DNA of 64,000 nt from Pseudomonadota bacterium (GTDB taxonomy: Bacteria > UBA10199 > 2-02-FULL-44-16 > JAAZCA01): NCBI GenBank assembly GCA_043822785.1, contig JBDRBN010000074.1, positions 203-64,202 on the forward strand. Direction: 5' to 3'. Below, in pieces: positions 9,670-20,925 of the stretch; within the stretch, counting starts at the first letter, position 1, and each line of letters begins with the position of its first letter. The position numbers were made by a program, and so were the translations under genes. Below the pieces are notes generated by a model. The model did not search any database, was not told the DNA's origin, and saw nothing but the letters and a program-made list of their open reading frames with translations.

Positions 9670-10476
9670 GTGACAGAGCATTTGGAAATGAGCGTCGGCA
9701 CAGAGAAAAAGTTTGGGTACGAGTGGGATCTCTACAGAGAGATCATACCGCTTCACGAAAAACAGTTTGTGGAGTGGATAAGTCCTGTTCCCCTTTCGTT
9801 TTTCAAGGGAAAGAGGTTTCTCGATGCTGGATGCGGCATAGGCCGAAACAGCCTTTGGGCTCTTAAGGCAGGCGCTGCTTCTGGATATGCCTTTGATTAT
9901 GACGAGCGCACTGTGAGTGTGGCTCGTGAGAACCTCAAAAAGTTTTCCAGTTGCCAGGTGAAATTCGAATCCATCTATGACATCTCCTTTAATGATGAGT
10001 TTGATGTGGCCTTTTGCATAGGCGTAATTCAGCATCTTGCTCATCCCAGAAAGGCTGTGGAAAAGCTCGTAAAGGCTATAAAGCCTGGCGGCACTCTCAT
10101 AATTTGGGTTTATGCCCATGAGGGAAATGAGAGATATCTAAAATTCGCTGATCCTATAAGGGCGCACTTCACTTCGAGGGTTCATCCTCTGATAACAAGA
10201 TACATCTCAAAGGCGCTTACCTTCTTGCTTAAGATCTACCTTCTCTTTCCGCATGGGAATGCGTATCTAAACCTTTTAAAGGAGAGATCTTTCAGACATG
10301 CTGAGGCAATGGTCTTTGATCAGCTTCTTCCGAGCATCGCTCATTACTTTAAAAGAGAAGAGGTGGAGGCCTTGGTAAAAGGGCTGCCAGTGAAGGCGCT
10401 TCACCTCACGCATACAAATGGGATGTCATGGACCCTTGTTGTTCAAAAGGAGAGCGGGGGGGATCTTGCTGAATAA
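9670..10476 (+). CDS. class I SAM-dependent methyltransferase
   Basis: Motif I FLDAGCGIGRNS. GTG start immediately after the upstream stop. Confidence 0.75.
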   Translation: MTEHLEMSVGTEKKFGYEWDLYREIIPLHEKQFVEWISPVPLSFFKGKRFLDAGCGIGRNSLWALKAGAASGYAFDYDERTVSVARENLKKFSSCQVKFESIYDISFNDEFDVAFCIGVIQHLAHPRKAVEKLVKAIKPGGTLIIWVYAHEGNERYLKFADPIRAHFTSRVHPLITRYISKALTFLLKIYLLFPHGNAYLNLLKERSFRHAEAMVFDQLLPSIAHYFKREEVEALVKGLPVKALHLTHTNGMSWTLVVQKESGGDLAE

Positions 10477-11959
10477 GAGGCTAAAAGCCGGGCTGGTTTG
10501 TGTTGTGTTGATCTTGGGAGCGGTTTTCACCCTAGCTTCGGTGAAGCACGATAGAAAGTTTCTCGATGTGGACGAAGCTGCTTGGACGTTCAATGGCTAT
10601 TTTCTCGATCTATATATTTCCGGCGACTGGGATGTAAACAAGTGGCGCGAGTTTGATAAATACGCCCAGCATCCTCCAGCTGCAAAGTATCTGTTTGGAG
10701 CACTTCATCACGCAATTGGCGAGCCCATAAAATCCATGGAGCCTCGCCGTTTTTGGTTTGAGAACGATCTGGATATTATTGATTTCAAGGATCAGGTTCT
10801 TAAGGGGTTGTACCAGAGGGTGACGTATAGGCAGATCATGGCTGGCCGATATATGGCTGCCGGCTTTGCTGTGATCTCGGCCATTTTATTCTTTGTTTTA
10901 GCCATGCGACTTAGTGGAACAGCTGCAGCCCTCATCGGATATGTCATATTAGTCCTTCATCCCATGTTTCGCGATATCGTTACAGTTGCAACTGCGGATT
11001 CATTTCTTCTTTCATTGTGCATGCTCTCTTTACTGTTAGCTCTGGCATGCGGGTCATCTTTTTCGAACAGAAAGGCCCGGGGCTGGATGTGGGCAGCGAT
11101 CTTGGCTGCGGTGCTGGGCATATTGTTCGCTTCTAAACTGATAACCTTTGCGTGGATCATTCCAGTGGCATTGACTGCAGCGTTGTGTGCTCATGGCAGG
11201 CGAGCTGTTATAATTTCTCTGTGCGCTGTTTCATGTGCTGTTCTTATAGGCTTTGTCATAACATATATCCTTGATCCAGGTCTTCATGGCCATCCTTTCG
11301 CTCAGATCATCGATCGCATAGCTTGGAGGAAAGATCGAATTGAGATTCAGCAAATAGTCTTCTCCTCACAAAGGCTAACCGCGTATTTTGACAGGTTCTG
11401 TTTTCTTCTTGGCCATACATTTTATTCAAGCCGCATCAATATGGTCTTTTTGGTTCCTCTGTTTGCCACAGGCATTATCGCGCCCTTTTTCAAAGGAGCA
11501 CTAAGGGCTAAGTCGAGGGAGAGGTTTCTCACGCTTTTGCTAGCAGTGTTCTTTGTGGGACTTACATTCTATTCGCTTCCTATGGCATGGACCAGATATG
11601 TTACCTCATGCCTTCCGTTTGTTATCCTAGTGGGCGTTCAGGGTGCAGGACTTCTCATAGATGCAACGGCCATTTGGTCATCATTGGGCACCAGGATAAA
11701 AGCAGTTGTGTTATCAACGCTTCTTGTAGTTGCCATGGCTTCGGCTGTTATAAAGCACGATCTTGGTCCTCGCTTTTGTCAGGTGCCGCGCATACCTCCT
11801 CCAGAACATGTGTTTATTTCCAAGATATTTGCTTACAGCCTCATGCACCCAGGCAAATCCCAGGAAATACATAAACATTTGTACAAGTACTTTCTAGAGC
11901 AAGGAGATTCAAAGAGGGCTGCCTTTCAGAAAAAACAGCTCGAAAATATGCAAAAGTAA
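10418..11959 (+). CDS. PMT/ArnT-like (GT39/GT83-type) polytopic membrane glycosyltransferase
   Basis: More than 10 predicted TM helices. A conserved first-loop acidic motif (KFLDVDEAAWTFNGYF) resembles the DE motif of the PMT/ArnT family. The start is uncertain: the ORF overlaps the upstream gene by 59 bp. Confidence 0.55.
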   Translation: MGCHGPLLFKRRAGGILLNKRLKAGLVCVVLILGAVFTLASVKHDRKFLDVDEAAWTFNGYFLDLYISGDWDVNKWREFDKYAQHPPAAKYLFGALHHAIGEPIKSMEPRRFWFENDLDIIDFKDQVLKGLYQRVTYRQIMAGRYMAAGFAVISAILFFVLAMRLSGTAAALIGYVILVLHPMFRDIVTVATADSFLLSLCMLSLLLALACGSSFSNRKARGWMWAAILAAVLGILFASKLITFAWIIPVALTAALCAHGRRAVIISLCAVSCAVLIGFVITYILDPGLHGHPFAQIIDRIAWRKDRIEIQQIVFSSQRLTAYFDRFCFLLGHTFYSSRINMVFLVPLFATGIIAPFFKGALRAKSRERFLTLLLAVFFVGLTFYSLPMAWTRYVTSCLPFVILVGVQGAGLLIDATAIWSSLGTRIKAVVLSTLLVVAMASAVIKHDLGPRFCQVPRIPPPEHVFISKIFAYSLMHPGKSQEIHKHLYKYFLEQGDSKRAAFQKKQLENMQK

Positions 11960-12124
11960 GGTTCGAACACCCTTTTTCTTGCGTTTAGTAGCTGAAATAG
12001 CTACGCTCGCGCCCGTTTTTAGGGTTATATACGTAATTTTGCCTTGTTTTATAGAAAAAGCGCGAGGCGCTTTTTTAAGGCGAGGGTGGCGGAATTGGCA
12101 TATCCCGATTCGATATGTTTTTTT

Positions 12125-12206
12125 TGCCGCGGTGGCGGAATTGGCATACGCGCTGGATTTAGGATCCAGTGCCGTAAGGCTTGTGGGTTCGAATCCCACC
12201 CGCGGC
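12125..12206 (+). tRNA. tRNA-Leu (anticodon TAG)
   Basis: Cloverleaf read directly: acceptor GCCGCGG/CCGCGGC, anticodon stem CTGGA/TCCAG with loop TTTAGGA (anticodon TAG), long variable arm, T-loop GGGTTCGAATCCCAC. No encoded CCA. Confidence 0.85.
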
Positions 12207-12227
12207 ACAAAAAAACATAATCGAATC

Positions 12228-12252
12228 GAGGACCCGCCGATTTTTTTGGCGG
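12228..12252 (+). terminator. hairpin downstream of tRNA-Leu (CCCGCC-GATTTTTTT-GGCGGG)
   Basis: GC stem with a T-run in the loop. Weak terminator-like structure. Confidence 0.3.
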
Positions 12253-12415
12253 GCGCGACAAGAGGGGTTCCCGCCACCTTGGCCGCCGAAGAAGTAGTGG
12301 CGGCTAAAACTTCGGCCCTCCACTAAGGCGTCGGCGAGCAGGCGGGCAAGCGAATCCCCTCCCTCGCACCAGACTAGAAGCTAGAAGTTAGAAGCTAGAG
12401 ATTAATGGAGGAATT

Positions 12416-13723
12416 ATGAAGAGTTCGGTGGAAAAGATTAATTCAATCCGTCAAAAGATTACAATTGAGGTGAGAGCAGCTTCTGTGGACAAGGCGTTTA
12501 AGGCAGCGCTTGAAAAGGTGCGCAAAGAGGCAAAGGTGCCCGGCTTCAGAAAGGGCAAGGTGCCAGATGATGTTATACTGCAGCGCTTTGGCAATGACGT
12601 AAATGTAGAGGCAACAAAAGAAGTGATCAGCGCAAGCTATCCTGAGGCAATAAAGCAAGCAGAAACAAAACCGATTTCTGATCCTCATGTGGATATCGAA
12701 AAGCCCATAGAGAAGGGTAAGCCCTTTACATATTCTGCTACGATCGAGATCTATCCAGAAGTTGTGGCAACAGGCTATGAAGATCTTTCGCTAACAAGGC
12801 AGAAAGTTACACTTACAGATGAAGAGGTGGAAACAGAACTCAAAAGGCTGCAGCAGCAGATGACCCAGCTTGAGCCAGCAGAGGGTGCCAAGATCAGCCA
12901 TGGCATTGTCGCCACCATTGATTTCAAAGGCACTGCAGGCGGAAAAACATTTCCAGGCAGTGAGGCTGAAAACTATGTGGTCGATTTTGGCACTGGAGCA
13001 CTGCTTTCAGAATTTGAGGAGCAGATCAAGGGCATGAGGGCTGGTGAGGAAAAAGATATTTCCTTTCACTATCCCACTGATTTTTTCAGGCGCGAGATCG
13101 CTGGCAAGAAGGGTGAATTCAATGTCAAGGTCAAGGAGCTGCGCACTAAGGTGGTGCCTGGGCTGGACGATGAGTTTGCTAAATCGCTAGGGGACTTCAA
13201 AGATTTAAATGCTGTGCGCGCTGACCTTAAAAAACGCATTTTGGAGTATAAGGAACGCATGGAAACAGCCGGGCTCAGAGAGCAGGCGATTCGTGAGCTC
13301 ATCGCAAAACATCAAAATCTCGAAGTGCCTACAGTGCTCGTAGATTCTGAACTCGGCAACATGCTAGAGCAGCTCAAGAGGCAGTATGAGATGCAGGGCC
13401 AGAAGTTCGACACGAGTAAGATCGATGCAAAACAGTTTGTAACCCAGAACGTGAAGGAGGCTACAGACAGGGCAAGGGGTTATATGCTAGCAAGAGCTGT
13501 TTCAGCCCAGGAGAAGCTCGAGGTTACAGATGAAGAAATGGATGCGCGCATATCCCAGATGGCAGCCCAGTCAAGAAGTACATCCGAGCAAGTGCGCGAT
13601 TACCTTAATAAAAATAATATGATAGATAACTTAAGAGCCCAGGTGCTTTTTGAGAAAACGCTTGATTTGATAGTCAGTAAGGCTAAAATTAAGACAGAGA
13701 AGCCAAAAAAAGGGAAGAAATAG
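12416..13723 (+). CDS. tig: trigger factor
   Basis: N-terminal KINSIRQKITIEV and PGFRKGKVP motifs. About 435 aa. Synteny with clpP-clpX. Confidence 0.95.
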   Translation: MKSSVEKINSIRQKITIEVRAASVDKAFKAALEKVRKEAKVPGFRKGKVPDDVILQRFGNDVNVEATKEVISASYPEAIKQAETKPISDPHVDIEKPIEKGKPFTYSATIEIYPEVVATGYEDLSLTRQKVTLTDEEVETELKRLQQQMTQLEPAEGAKISHGIVATIDFKGTAGGKTFPGSEAENYVVDFGTGALLSEFEEQIKGMRAGEEKDISFHYPTDFFRREIAGKKGEFNVKVKELRTKVVPGLDDEFAKSLGDFKDLNAVRADLKKRILEYKERMETAGLREQAIRELIAKHQNLEVPTVLVDSELGNMLEQLKRQYEMQGQKFDTSKIDAKQFVTQNVKEATDRARGYMLARAVSAQEKLEVTDEEMDARISQMAAQSRSTSEQVRDYLNKNNMIDNLRAQVLFEKTLDLIVSKAKIKTEKPKKGKK

Positions 13724-13759
13724 TTCAATATTTTAAAATTATTCAAAAAATGGGGCTAT

Positions 13760-14380
13760 ATGATCAAAAATGAACTAATTCCAATGGTAATTGAGCAGAC
13801 CCACCGAGGGGAGCGCGCGTATGATATATTCTCCCGACTGCTCAAAGATAGAATCATATTTATTGGATCGCCTGTGACAGATGATCTTGCAAACTTGATA
13901 ATAGCGCAGCTTCTATTTTTGGAATCAGAAGATCCTGATAAGGACATCCATCTGTATATCAATTCACCAGGGGGCGTTGTCACAGCAGGCTTGGCTTTAT
14001 ACGACACCATTCAATATGTTCGTCCAGATATTTCAACCTTATGCATGGGCCAGGCATCGAGCATGGGAGCAGTGCTTCTAGCTTGCGGAACAAAAGGTAA
14101 GCGATTTGCCTTGCCTCATGCGCGCGTCATGATTCACCAACCCATGGGCGGCTTTCAGGGACAGGCTGCTGATGTGGCAATACACGCAAAAGAAGTGCTG
14201 CGCGTGCGCGAAGAGATAAACGGCATCTTGGCTGAGCATACAGGCCAGGATTTGGCAAAGATTCAGACAGATACTGATAGGGATTTCTTTATGACTTCTG
14301 ACGAGGCAAGGGAGTATGGTCTGGTGGATGAGGTCGTTACCTTTCGCCCGTCCAAGGTCAAGGAAGGGAAGAAGAAATGA
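13760..14380 (+). CDS. clpP: ATP-dependent Clp protease proteolytic subunit
   Basis: [17 protein letters not shown] and the GQASSMGA (Ser active site) and HQP motifs. Confidence 0.95.
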   Translation: MIKNELIPMVIEQTHRGERAYDIFSRLLKDRIIFIGSPVTDDLANLIIAQLLFLESEDPDKDIHLYINSPGGVVTAGLALYDTIQYVRPDISTLCMGQASSMGAVLLACGTKGKRFALPHARVMIHQPMGGFQGQAADVAIHAKEVLRVREEINGILAEHTGQDLAKIQTDTDRDFFMTSDEAREYGLVDEVVTFRPSKVKEGKKK

Positions 14381-15645
14381 CAAAACCTCCTATTGATGAT
14401 CCCATGAACCTCTCTTGTTCGTTCTGCGGCAAGAACCAGCGCGAAGTTCGAAAACTAATAGCAGGGCCAACTGTCTACATATGCGACGAGTGCATAGAGC
14501 TATGCAACGATATCATAGCTGAAGAGAACGTGCGCACTCGCACTGGTGGGGAGCGCATTGGCGTTCCAAAGCCTGTTGAGATAAAAGATGCTTTGGATGA
14601 ATATGTCATTGGGCAAGAGCACGCAAAAAAGGTTTTGTCCGTGGCGGTTCATAACCATTATAAGAGGATAGAGTCCCGCACGCGCAGGCAAGCAGCAGAC
14701 GATGTTGAGATTCAAAAGGCAAACATTCTGCTTGTCGGTCCAACTGGCACAGGAAAGACGCTTCTTGCACAAACGCTTGCTCGCATGCTCAAGGTGCCAT
14801 TTTGTATAGCTGATGCGACCACGCTCACCGAAGCAGGTTATGTGGGTGAGGATGTGGAGAACATCATCCTAAACCTTTTGCAGGCCGCTGATTTTGATCG
14901 TGCGCGCGCAGAACGCGGCATCGTCTATATAGACGAGATCGATAAGATTGCGCGCAAATCTGAAAATCCATCGATCACGCGCGACGTGTCTGGCGAGGGA
15001 GTGCAGCAGGCACTTCTCAAGATCATCGAGGGTACGGTTGCCAGCGTTCCGCCCAAGGGCGGCCGCAAGCATCCCCAACAAGAATTCATACCTGTGGATA
15101 CCAGCGATATCCTCTTTATCTGCGGAGGTACGTTCGTAGGGCTAGAGGATATAATCGAACGCCGAGTGGGTGAGAAGAAGATGGGTTTTGGAGCTGAGAT
15201 AAAAGGCAAGACTGATAAGAAGCTCGGCGAGCTGCTTCGCGAAGTGCAGGTGGAGGATTTAAACAAGTACGGAATCATCCCAGAGTTTTTGGGCCGCATA
15301 CCAGTGATTACAACTCTTGACGAGCTGGATGAGGGTTCGCTCATAAGGGTGCTATCTGAGCCTAAAAACGCGCTCATCAAACAATATCAACGACTCTTTG
15401 AAATGGAAAAGGTAAAGCTCGTGTTTGCAAAGGGCTCGTTAGAAGCAGTTGCCAAAGAGGGGATAAGGCGCAAGTCAGGAGCCAGAGGGCTTCGTGCTAT
15501 TCTCGAGTCGATCATGCTCGATATCATGTACGAGATACCATCTAAAGAAGATGTGCGCGAAGTTCACATAGACGCAGATGTAATACTCAAACGCAAGCCA
15601 CCGATCATAGTCTATGATTCGGAGAAAAGGGCTGATAGTGCCTGA
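14377..15645 (+). CDS. clpX: ATP-dependent Clp protease ATP-binding subunit ClpX
   Basis: Zn-finger CSFCGK...CDEC and Walker A GPTGTGKT. Overlaps clpP by 4 bp. Confidence 0.95.
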   Translation: MTKPPIDDPMNLSCSFCGKNQREVRKLIAGPTVYICDECIELCNDIIAEENVRTRTGGERIGVPKPVEIKDALDEYVIGQEHAKKVLSVAVHNHYKRIESRTRRQAADDVEIQKANILLVGPTGTGKTLLAQTLARMLKVPFCIADATTLTEAGYVGEDVENIILNLLQAADFDRARAERGIVYIDEIDKIARKSENPSITRDVSGEGVQQALLKIIEGTVASVPPKGGRKHPQQEFIPVDTSDILFICGGTFVGLEDIIERRVGEKKMGFGAEIKGKTDKKLGELLREVQVEDLNKYGIIPEFLGRIPVITTLDELDEGSLIRVLSEPKNALIKQYQRLFEMEKVKLVFAKGSLEAVAKEGIRRKSGARGLRAILESIMLDIMYEIPSKEDVREVHIDADVILKRKPPIIVYDSEKRADSA

Positions 15646-15806
15646 TGCTAACGGCTAACGGCTAACGGCTAACGGCAACAGGAGGCATTAGTAAGTTTTA
15701 GGCCGTAAGCGAACGAAGTGAGCGAGCCGTTTGTTGTAAGCGAGTGAAACGAGCGAGCTGTAAGCCGATTGCTCATATTTTTTATGATAAACAGAGAGGA
15801 TTATTC

Positions 15807-18248
15807 ATGACAGAACAGAAGCAGAAAACTCAAAGAGTTGCAGATCGCGTTGTTGTTCCATTGCTGCCGCTTCGCGATATCGTGGTGTTTCCCCATATGG
15901 TGGTGCCGCTGTTTGTAGGCAGAGAAAAGTCCATTGCCGCGCTCGAAGAAGCAATGAACAAAGAACAGGATATCCTTCTCTCTGCTCAGGTCAATCCCAA
16001 GACAAACGATCCCAAAGAGGAAGATATCTATAAGACCGGCACTCTGTCTTCCATAATACAGCTTCTTCGCTTGCCTGATGGCACGGTCAAGGTGCTGGTG
16101 GAGGGAAAACGGCGTGCGCGCATCGTACAGTATGTGAGCCATCCAGACTTCTTCTTGGTGGAGGCTGAGCCCTTTATGGAAGATGCAGAGGTAACTGTTG
16201 AGACCGAAGCGCTCATGCGCGGCGTGAAGGCCACTTTTGAACAGTATGTAAAACTAAATAAAAGAATTCCGCCAGAGATGCTTGCATCAGTATCCACCAT
16301 CGACGATCCTTCAAGGCTTGCTGATACCATAGTGGCGCATCTGTCGCTCAAGCTCCCTGATAAGCAATCCATACTTGAGATCATCGCGCCTAGCGAGCGC
16401 CTGGAAAAGCTGCTCTCTCTCATGCAATCAGAGATAGAAATACTTCAGGTGGAGCGCCGCATCCGCTCGCGCGTAAAAAAGCAGATGGAGAAGACGCAGC
16501 GCGAGTATTACTTAAATGAACAGATGCAGGCTATTCAAAAGGAGCTCGGTGAGCGCGACGAGTTTAAAACTGAAATAGCCGAGCTTGAGGAGAAGGCAAA
16601 AAAGAAAAACCTCTCTGCTGAGGCCCATGATAAGCTTTCAAAAGAGATTAAGAAGTTAAAGATGATGAGCCCGATGTCGGCCGAGGCAACAGTAGTTAGA
16701 AACTACATAGACTGGATCCTATCCATACCGTGGAGCGAGCCCACCAAGGATAAGCTAGATGTGAAAGATGCTGAGCGCATCCTCAACGAAGATCACTATG
16801 GCCTGGAGCAGCCCAAAGAGCGCATAATAGAGTATCTTGCCGTGCGCAGCCTGGTGGAGAAGATGAAAGGCCCGATCCTTTGTTTTGTGGGCCCTCCGGG
16901 AGTTGGAAAAACATCGCTTGGCCGCTCCATTGCCCGTTCGATGGGCCGCAAGTTCATACGCCAAAGTTTAGGTGGAGTGCGCGACGAGGCTGAGATACGC
17001 GGACATCGCCGCACCTACATCGGTGCGCTTCCTGGAAAGGTCATCCAGAGTTTGAAAAAAGCTGGATCGTCAAACCCTGTGTTTTTGTTGGACGAGGTGG
17101 ATAAGATGAGCATGGATTTCAGGGGAGATCCATCTGCAGCATTGCTTGAGGTATTGGATCCAGAGCAGAATTCCACGTTCAACGATCACTACCTTGATCT
17201 TGATTATGATCTGTCTGATGTGATGTTCATAACAACAGCGAATACGCTTCCTGCTATTCCCATGCCCCTTCAGGACCGCATGGAGATCATAAGAATCTCT
17301 GGCTATACAGAGCTTGAGAAGATCAAGATCGCTCAGCTTTATCTCATTCGCAAGCAGCGCGAAGCAAACGGCTTAACTGAGAAGAATATCACGTTTACCG
17401 AGGCAGCGCTTAAGCTCATCATCAGGCGCTATACCAAAGAAGCGGGCGTAAGAAATCTTGAGCGCGAGATCGCTTCGGTTTGCCGTAAAGTTGCACGCGA
17501 TGTAGCGCGCTCTGGCAATAAGGAGAAGATGATTCACATAACACCCAAAAAAGTGCAGCAGTATCTGGGCGTTCCCAAATTTCATTTTGGCTTAGCTGAA
17601 GAGCACGATCAAATTGGCATATGCATGGGCCTTGCATGGACTGAAGTGGGTGGCGAACTTCTAACTACCGAAGTTTCGGTCATGCCCGGCAAGGGCAAGA
17701 TGATAGTCACGGGTAAGCTGGGCGATGTGATGCAAGAATCTGCACAAGCAGCTATGAGCTATGTGCGCTCAAGGGCAGAAGCCTTAGGCCTTGGACGAGA
17801 ATTCTATAGCAAGCTCGACATTCACATTCACTTGCCAGAGGGCTCTATACCTAAGGATGGGCCTAGCGCAGGCATTACTATGGCAACTGCTATTTCATCG
17901 TCTTTGCTTAAGATCCCTGTGCGCAAGGATATAGCAATGACTGGCGAGATCACTTTGCGTGGTCGCATTTTACCCATCGGCGGTCTTAAAGAAAAGCTTC
18001 TCGCTGCGCATCGCGGTATGATAAAAACTGTGCTCATTCCTAAAGAGAACGAAAAGGACCTCAAAGAAATTCCAGCCAAGATCCTGCGCGAGCTCAATGT
18101 GGTGACGGTCGAGAACATGGACGAGGTGCTAAAGCTTGCGCTTGCGCTAGAGGATCCTGAAAAGCTCTTTAAGAAGGGCAAGGAGCCAAAGGGCATGCTC
18201 AGGACATCTGGCACAACTGAAGGTGCGCAGCCAGGCACAGCTCACTAA
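15807..18248 (+). CDS. lon: Lon protease
   Basis: Lon N-terminus [23 protein letters not shown], Walker [10 protein letters not shown], and the catalytic region [14 protein letters not shown]. Start taken at the MTEQKQ Met rather than at the ORF start. Confidence 0.93.
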   Translation: MTEQKQKTQRVADRVVVPLLPLRDIVVFPHMVVPLFVGREKSIAALEEAMNKEQDILLSAQVNPKTNDPKEEDIYKTGTLSSIIQLLRLPDGTVKVLVEGKRRARIVQYVSHPDFFLVEAEPFMEDAEVTVETEALMRGVKATFEQYVKLNKRIPPEMLASVSTIDDPSRLADTIVAHLSLKLPDKQSILEIIAPSERLEKLLSLMQSEIEILQVERRIRSRVKKQMEKTQREYYLNEQMQAIQKELGERDEFKTEIAELEEKAKKKNLSAEAHDKLSKEIKKLKMMSPMSAEATVVRNYIDWILSIPWSEPTKDKLDVKDAERILNEDHYGLEQPKERIIEYLAVRSLVEKMKGPILCFVGPPGVGKTSLGRSIARSMGRKFIRQSLGGVRDEAEIRGHRRTYIGALPGKVIQSLKKAGSSNPVFLLDEVDKMSMDFRGDPSAALLEVLDPEQNSTFNDHYLDLDYDLSDVMFITTANTLPAIPMPLQDRMEIIRISGYTELEKIKIAQLYLIRKQREANGLTEKNITFTEAALKLIIRRYTKEAGVRNLEREIASVCRKVARDVARSGNKEKMIHITPKKVQQYLGVPKFHFGLAEEHDQIGICMGLAWTEVGGELLTTEVSVMPGKGKMIVTGKLGDVMQESAQAAMSYVRSRAEALGLGREFYSKLDIHIHLPEGSIPKDGPSAGITMATAISSSLLKIPVRKDIAMTGEITLRGRILPIGGLKEKLLAAHRGMIKTVLIPKENEKDLKEIPAKILRELNVVTVENMDEVLKLALALEDPEKLFKKGKEPKGMLRTSGTTEGAQPGTAH

Positions 18249-18256
18249 ATAATCTC

Positions 18257-19102
18257 ATGAGCAAAAAATTCCTCATCATAAATGCTGATGACTTTGGCAT
18301 GAGTATGCCTGTGAGCAAGGGCATTCTCAAGGCAGCTGGGTCAGATGTGGTGCGCTCAACGAGCGTGATGACAAACTGCGAGAGCTTTTCTGCCTCTATT
18401 GATGAGCTTGCTTCTTCTGGAATCAATTTGGATGTGGGCTTTCATGCAACACTGACTTGGGGGCGACCGATCTCTGATCCGCATAAGGTGCCTTCGCTCG
18501 TAAATAAAGAGGGAAAATTCCACAGCAAGGCTAGTTTTCTTACCAGATCTTTTTTGGGCATGATTTCAAAAAAAGAGGTTTATGAAGAGCTGCGCGTTCA
18601 GTGCAAAAGACTTAAAGAGCGCGTGCCAACGATCAGCCATATCGATGGTCATCATCATGTTCATACATATCCTTTAGTAAGATCAGCAGTCGAGCGTATT
18701 GCTCGTGAATTTAAGATTCCGTTTGTTCGCGCGCCGCGCGAGGGGATGTGGTCGCCGCTTTCATGGTCTGGCGCAAAAAGGCTTGCAATAGCTATGCTTC
18801 CATCATCCTCCCCTCTGTACTGGCGTATGCGCGGATTTCGCACTGCCGATCATTTTGGAGGATTTGGTCTTGGTGAATCAGAGAAATTCAAAGATAGATG
18901 GATGAAGGTTTTTGAGCGAATTCCAGAAGGCGTAAGCGAGATCATGGTGCATCCGGGTTATTCCAGTTCTGAAAACGATTCTTACAAAGGTCGTGAAAAA
19001 GAAATCGAGTGGCTTGTGGATGAGAAACTCGTGAATGCAGCCAGGAAGTCAGGCATCTCATTTACGTCATTTGATGTGCTTAGCGAGATTCGGGGCAGCT
19101 GA
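18257..19102 (+). CDS. YdjC/ChbG/HpnK-family carbohydrate deacetylase
   Basis: N-terminal FLIINADDFGMS plus the HVD...HPG pattern typical of the YdjC family. Confidence 0.75.
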   Translation: MSKKFLIINADDFGMSMPVSKGILKAAGSDVVRSTSVMTNCESFSASIDELASSGINLDVGFHATLTWGRPISDPHKVPSLVNKEGKFHSKASFLTRSFLGMISKKEVYEELRVQCKRLKERVPTISHIDGHHHVHTYPLVRSAVERIAREFKIPFVRAPREGMWSPLSWSGAKRLAIAMLPSSSPLYWRMRGFRTADHFGGFGLGESEKFKDRWMKVFERIPEGVSEIMVHPGYSSSENDSYKGREKEIEWLVDEKLVNAARKSGISFTSFDVLSEIRGS

Positions 19103-20048
19103 TTTCGCGAATTGCGTATATATCCCGCTCGTGTGTGACGTGGTAGATGCGCACCGATACTTCAAGCGAAAGCCCCAAGGCAATGAGCTGAATGCCTAAG
19201 ACCATGGAAAGCATGGAGAAGATGAGATTACCCAGATGTTCTGCAATGACGAGGTCGTCGAAATAGTAAAGCGAAGTGATGATGAAGGCGATCACAAAGC
19301 CTACCGCAAAGAGAAGAAATCCGATCATGCCAAAGAAGTGAAGGGGCCTTGTTATATAGCTTATCATGAACTTTACGGTAAGAAGGTCCATGAGCACGCG
19401 GAATGTCCTGGAAATTCCGTAATTGGATTTTCCTTTGGGCCTCACGATGTTCTTAATGGGCACCTCGGCAATGGATAGGCCCTTCCAGCTGGCGAGCGCC
19501 GGAATGAAGCGGTGCAGTTCACCGTAGAGGTCGGTGTCTTCTAGCGCTACGCGTCGATATGCCTTAAACGTTGTTCCAAAGTCGCGAAGCTTTACGCCGG
19601 AAAGCATTGCCATGAGCCAATTGGCTATCATCGAGGGCAAGCGTCTCATCAGGAAGTTGTCGATGCGCTGTTTGCGCCAGCCGCTGGCAATGTCATAACC
19701 CTCATCTATCTTTGCCAAAAGATTTGGTATGTCTTCTGGAAAATGCTGCAAATCACCGTCCATTGCGATGATGATCTCGCCTCTGGAGTGGTTAAAACCT
19801 GCGGCCAGGCCGGCGGTCTGTCCGAAGTTACGTCTGAGCCTGATGATCAAAAGATATTTATCTGTCTTCTGAATCTCTTTTGCCAGGGCAAAGCTTTTGT
19901 CTGTGCTTCCGTCGTCCACCAAAATAATTTCATATGAACGCCCCAGGCCATCGAGCACCTTCTTGAGGCGGGAGTGAAGTTCTTTGATGTTGTCCTCTTC
20001 GTTAAAGAGAGGAACCACGACAGACAGCTCACATTTTTTCGACTGCAT
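19080..20048 (-). CDS. GT2 polyprenyl-phosphate sugar transferase (ArnC/DPM1-like) with C-terminal TM helices
   Basis: LSVVVPLFNEEDNIKEL and ILVDDGSTDKS GT2 motifs, with two C-terminal TM helices. Start taken at MQSKK, which has an AGAGG RBS. Confidence 0.8.
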   Translation of the reverse strand: MQSKKCELSVVVPLFNEEDNIKELHSRLKKVLDGLGRSYEIILVDDGSTDKSFALAKEIQKTDKYLLIIRLRRNFGQTAGLAAGFNHSRGEIIIAMDGDLQHFPEDIPNLLAKIDEGYDIASGWRKQRIDNFLMRRLPSMIANWLMAMLSGVKLRDFGTTFKAYRRVALEDTDLYGELHRFIPALASWKGLSIAEVPIKNIVRPKGKSNYGISRTFRVLMDLLTVKFMISYITRPLHFFGMIGFLLFAVGFVIAFIITSLYYFDDLVIAEHLGNLIFSMLSMVLGIQLIALGLSLEVSVRIYHVTHERDIYAIREISCPESR

Positions 20049-20055
20049 AATACCT

Positions 20056-20925
20056 CTAGAGTTCGTCATATGTAATCAAAGAGATTTCGTTCTCAATGAG
20101 CGCATCCTTCAGGGATGCGTCCAGCAGTGCTCGATACTCGTGAACGCGCCGGCAGTCAAGCCAACTTTTCTCGCCTGCAATGTTTGCAGCGCCGGCGCTT
20201 GCGGCCGGATGGGTCATGATCTCCAGGGTTTTGCAGGGCAGAGCGCTGAATAGTTTGTGATAGACATCCTGGGTCATGCGGCCGGTAAAGGATATGCCGA
20301 AGAACGAGTCTGTAAATTTGAGCCCGAAGCCGGCTGCAATTTTTGCAAACCGCCTGCTTTGACTACTTATGAATAAAGACTTGAGCCTTTGTGTTAGCTT
20401 TGGCCCATCGTCTGATTTGATAACATGCTCCAGTTCCCGGGCAACGCGTATGCAGCGTATGCCAAACCTCTTTGCAACCCTGCACGCTGTTTTGCCTATC
20501 ATGGGAGAGGCCAGGTGCATGTGTTTTTCGCTGTCCAGATGAGTTGGTTTTATGCCGCAGCTGATAACCTTTTCAACCTGGGCGCAGAGTTCTGTTTCAA
20601 CGTGTAATGGATCCAGCCTGCCAAACAGTATGCGTAGGGCAAGAGATCGCGCGTTTCCCAGGAATTTGCCGTTGCTTCTGACAAGCGTATGGATGAGCGA
20701 GGGCTCAGAGATGGGGCTTCCGCGCAAAAGGTTTAGATGCACTCCAACGCCAAGCCTGCCATTGCCGCGCGCGCCTTTTGCAGCCTCGTCAAAGCCTGGC
20801 ATGTTCGCCATTATCGTGGCAGACGAGAGTATGCCATGCTCGCTGGCTGCAAATACAGCTTCGTTGACAGCTGACGAAAGGCCGAAGTCATCGGCGTTGA
20901 TTATTATGTGTGACGAGGAATTCAT
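20056..20925 (-). CDS. YdjC/ChbG/HpnK-family carbohydrate deacetylase (second copy)
   Basis: N-terminal HIIINADDFGLSSAVNEAV. Paralogous to 18257-19102. Confidence 0.75.
   Translation of the reverse strand: MNSSSHIIINADDFGLSSAVNEAVFAASEHGILSSATIMANMPGFDEAAKGARGNGRLGVGVHLNLLRGSPISEPSLIHTLVRSNGKFLGNARSLALRILFGRLDPLHVETELCAQVEKVISCGIKPTHLDSEKHMHLASPMIGKTACRVAKRFGIRCIRVARELEHVIKSDDGPKLTQRLKSLFISSQSRRFAKIAAGFGLKFTDSFFGISFTGRMTQDVYHKLFSALPCKTLEIMTHPAASAGAANIAGEKSWLDCRRVHEYRALLDASLKDALIENEISLITYDEL

Noticed and set aside
11909-12326. ORFs 11909-12277(-), 11979-12326(+), 12049-12261(-)
   Set aside because: They overlap the tRNA-Leu gene and its partial duplicate. No RBS and implausible composition, so they are treated as spurious.
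15646-15770. Possible CRISPR array from tandem short repeats
   Set aside because: Units are only 7-8 bp with no spacer-sized unique inserts, and no cas genes are present. Not CRISPR.
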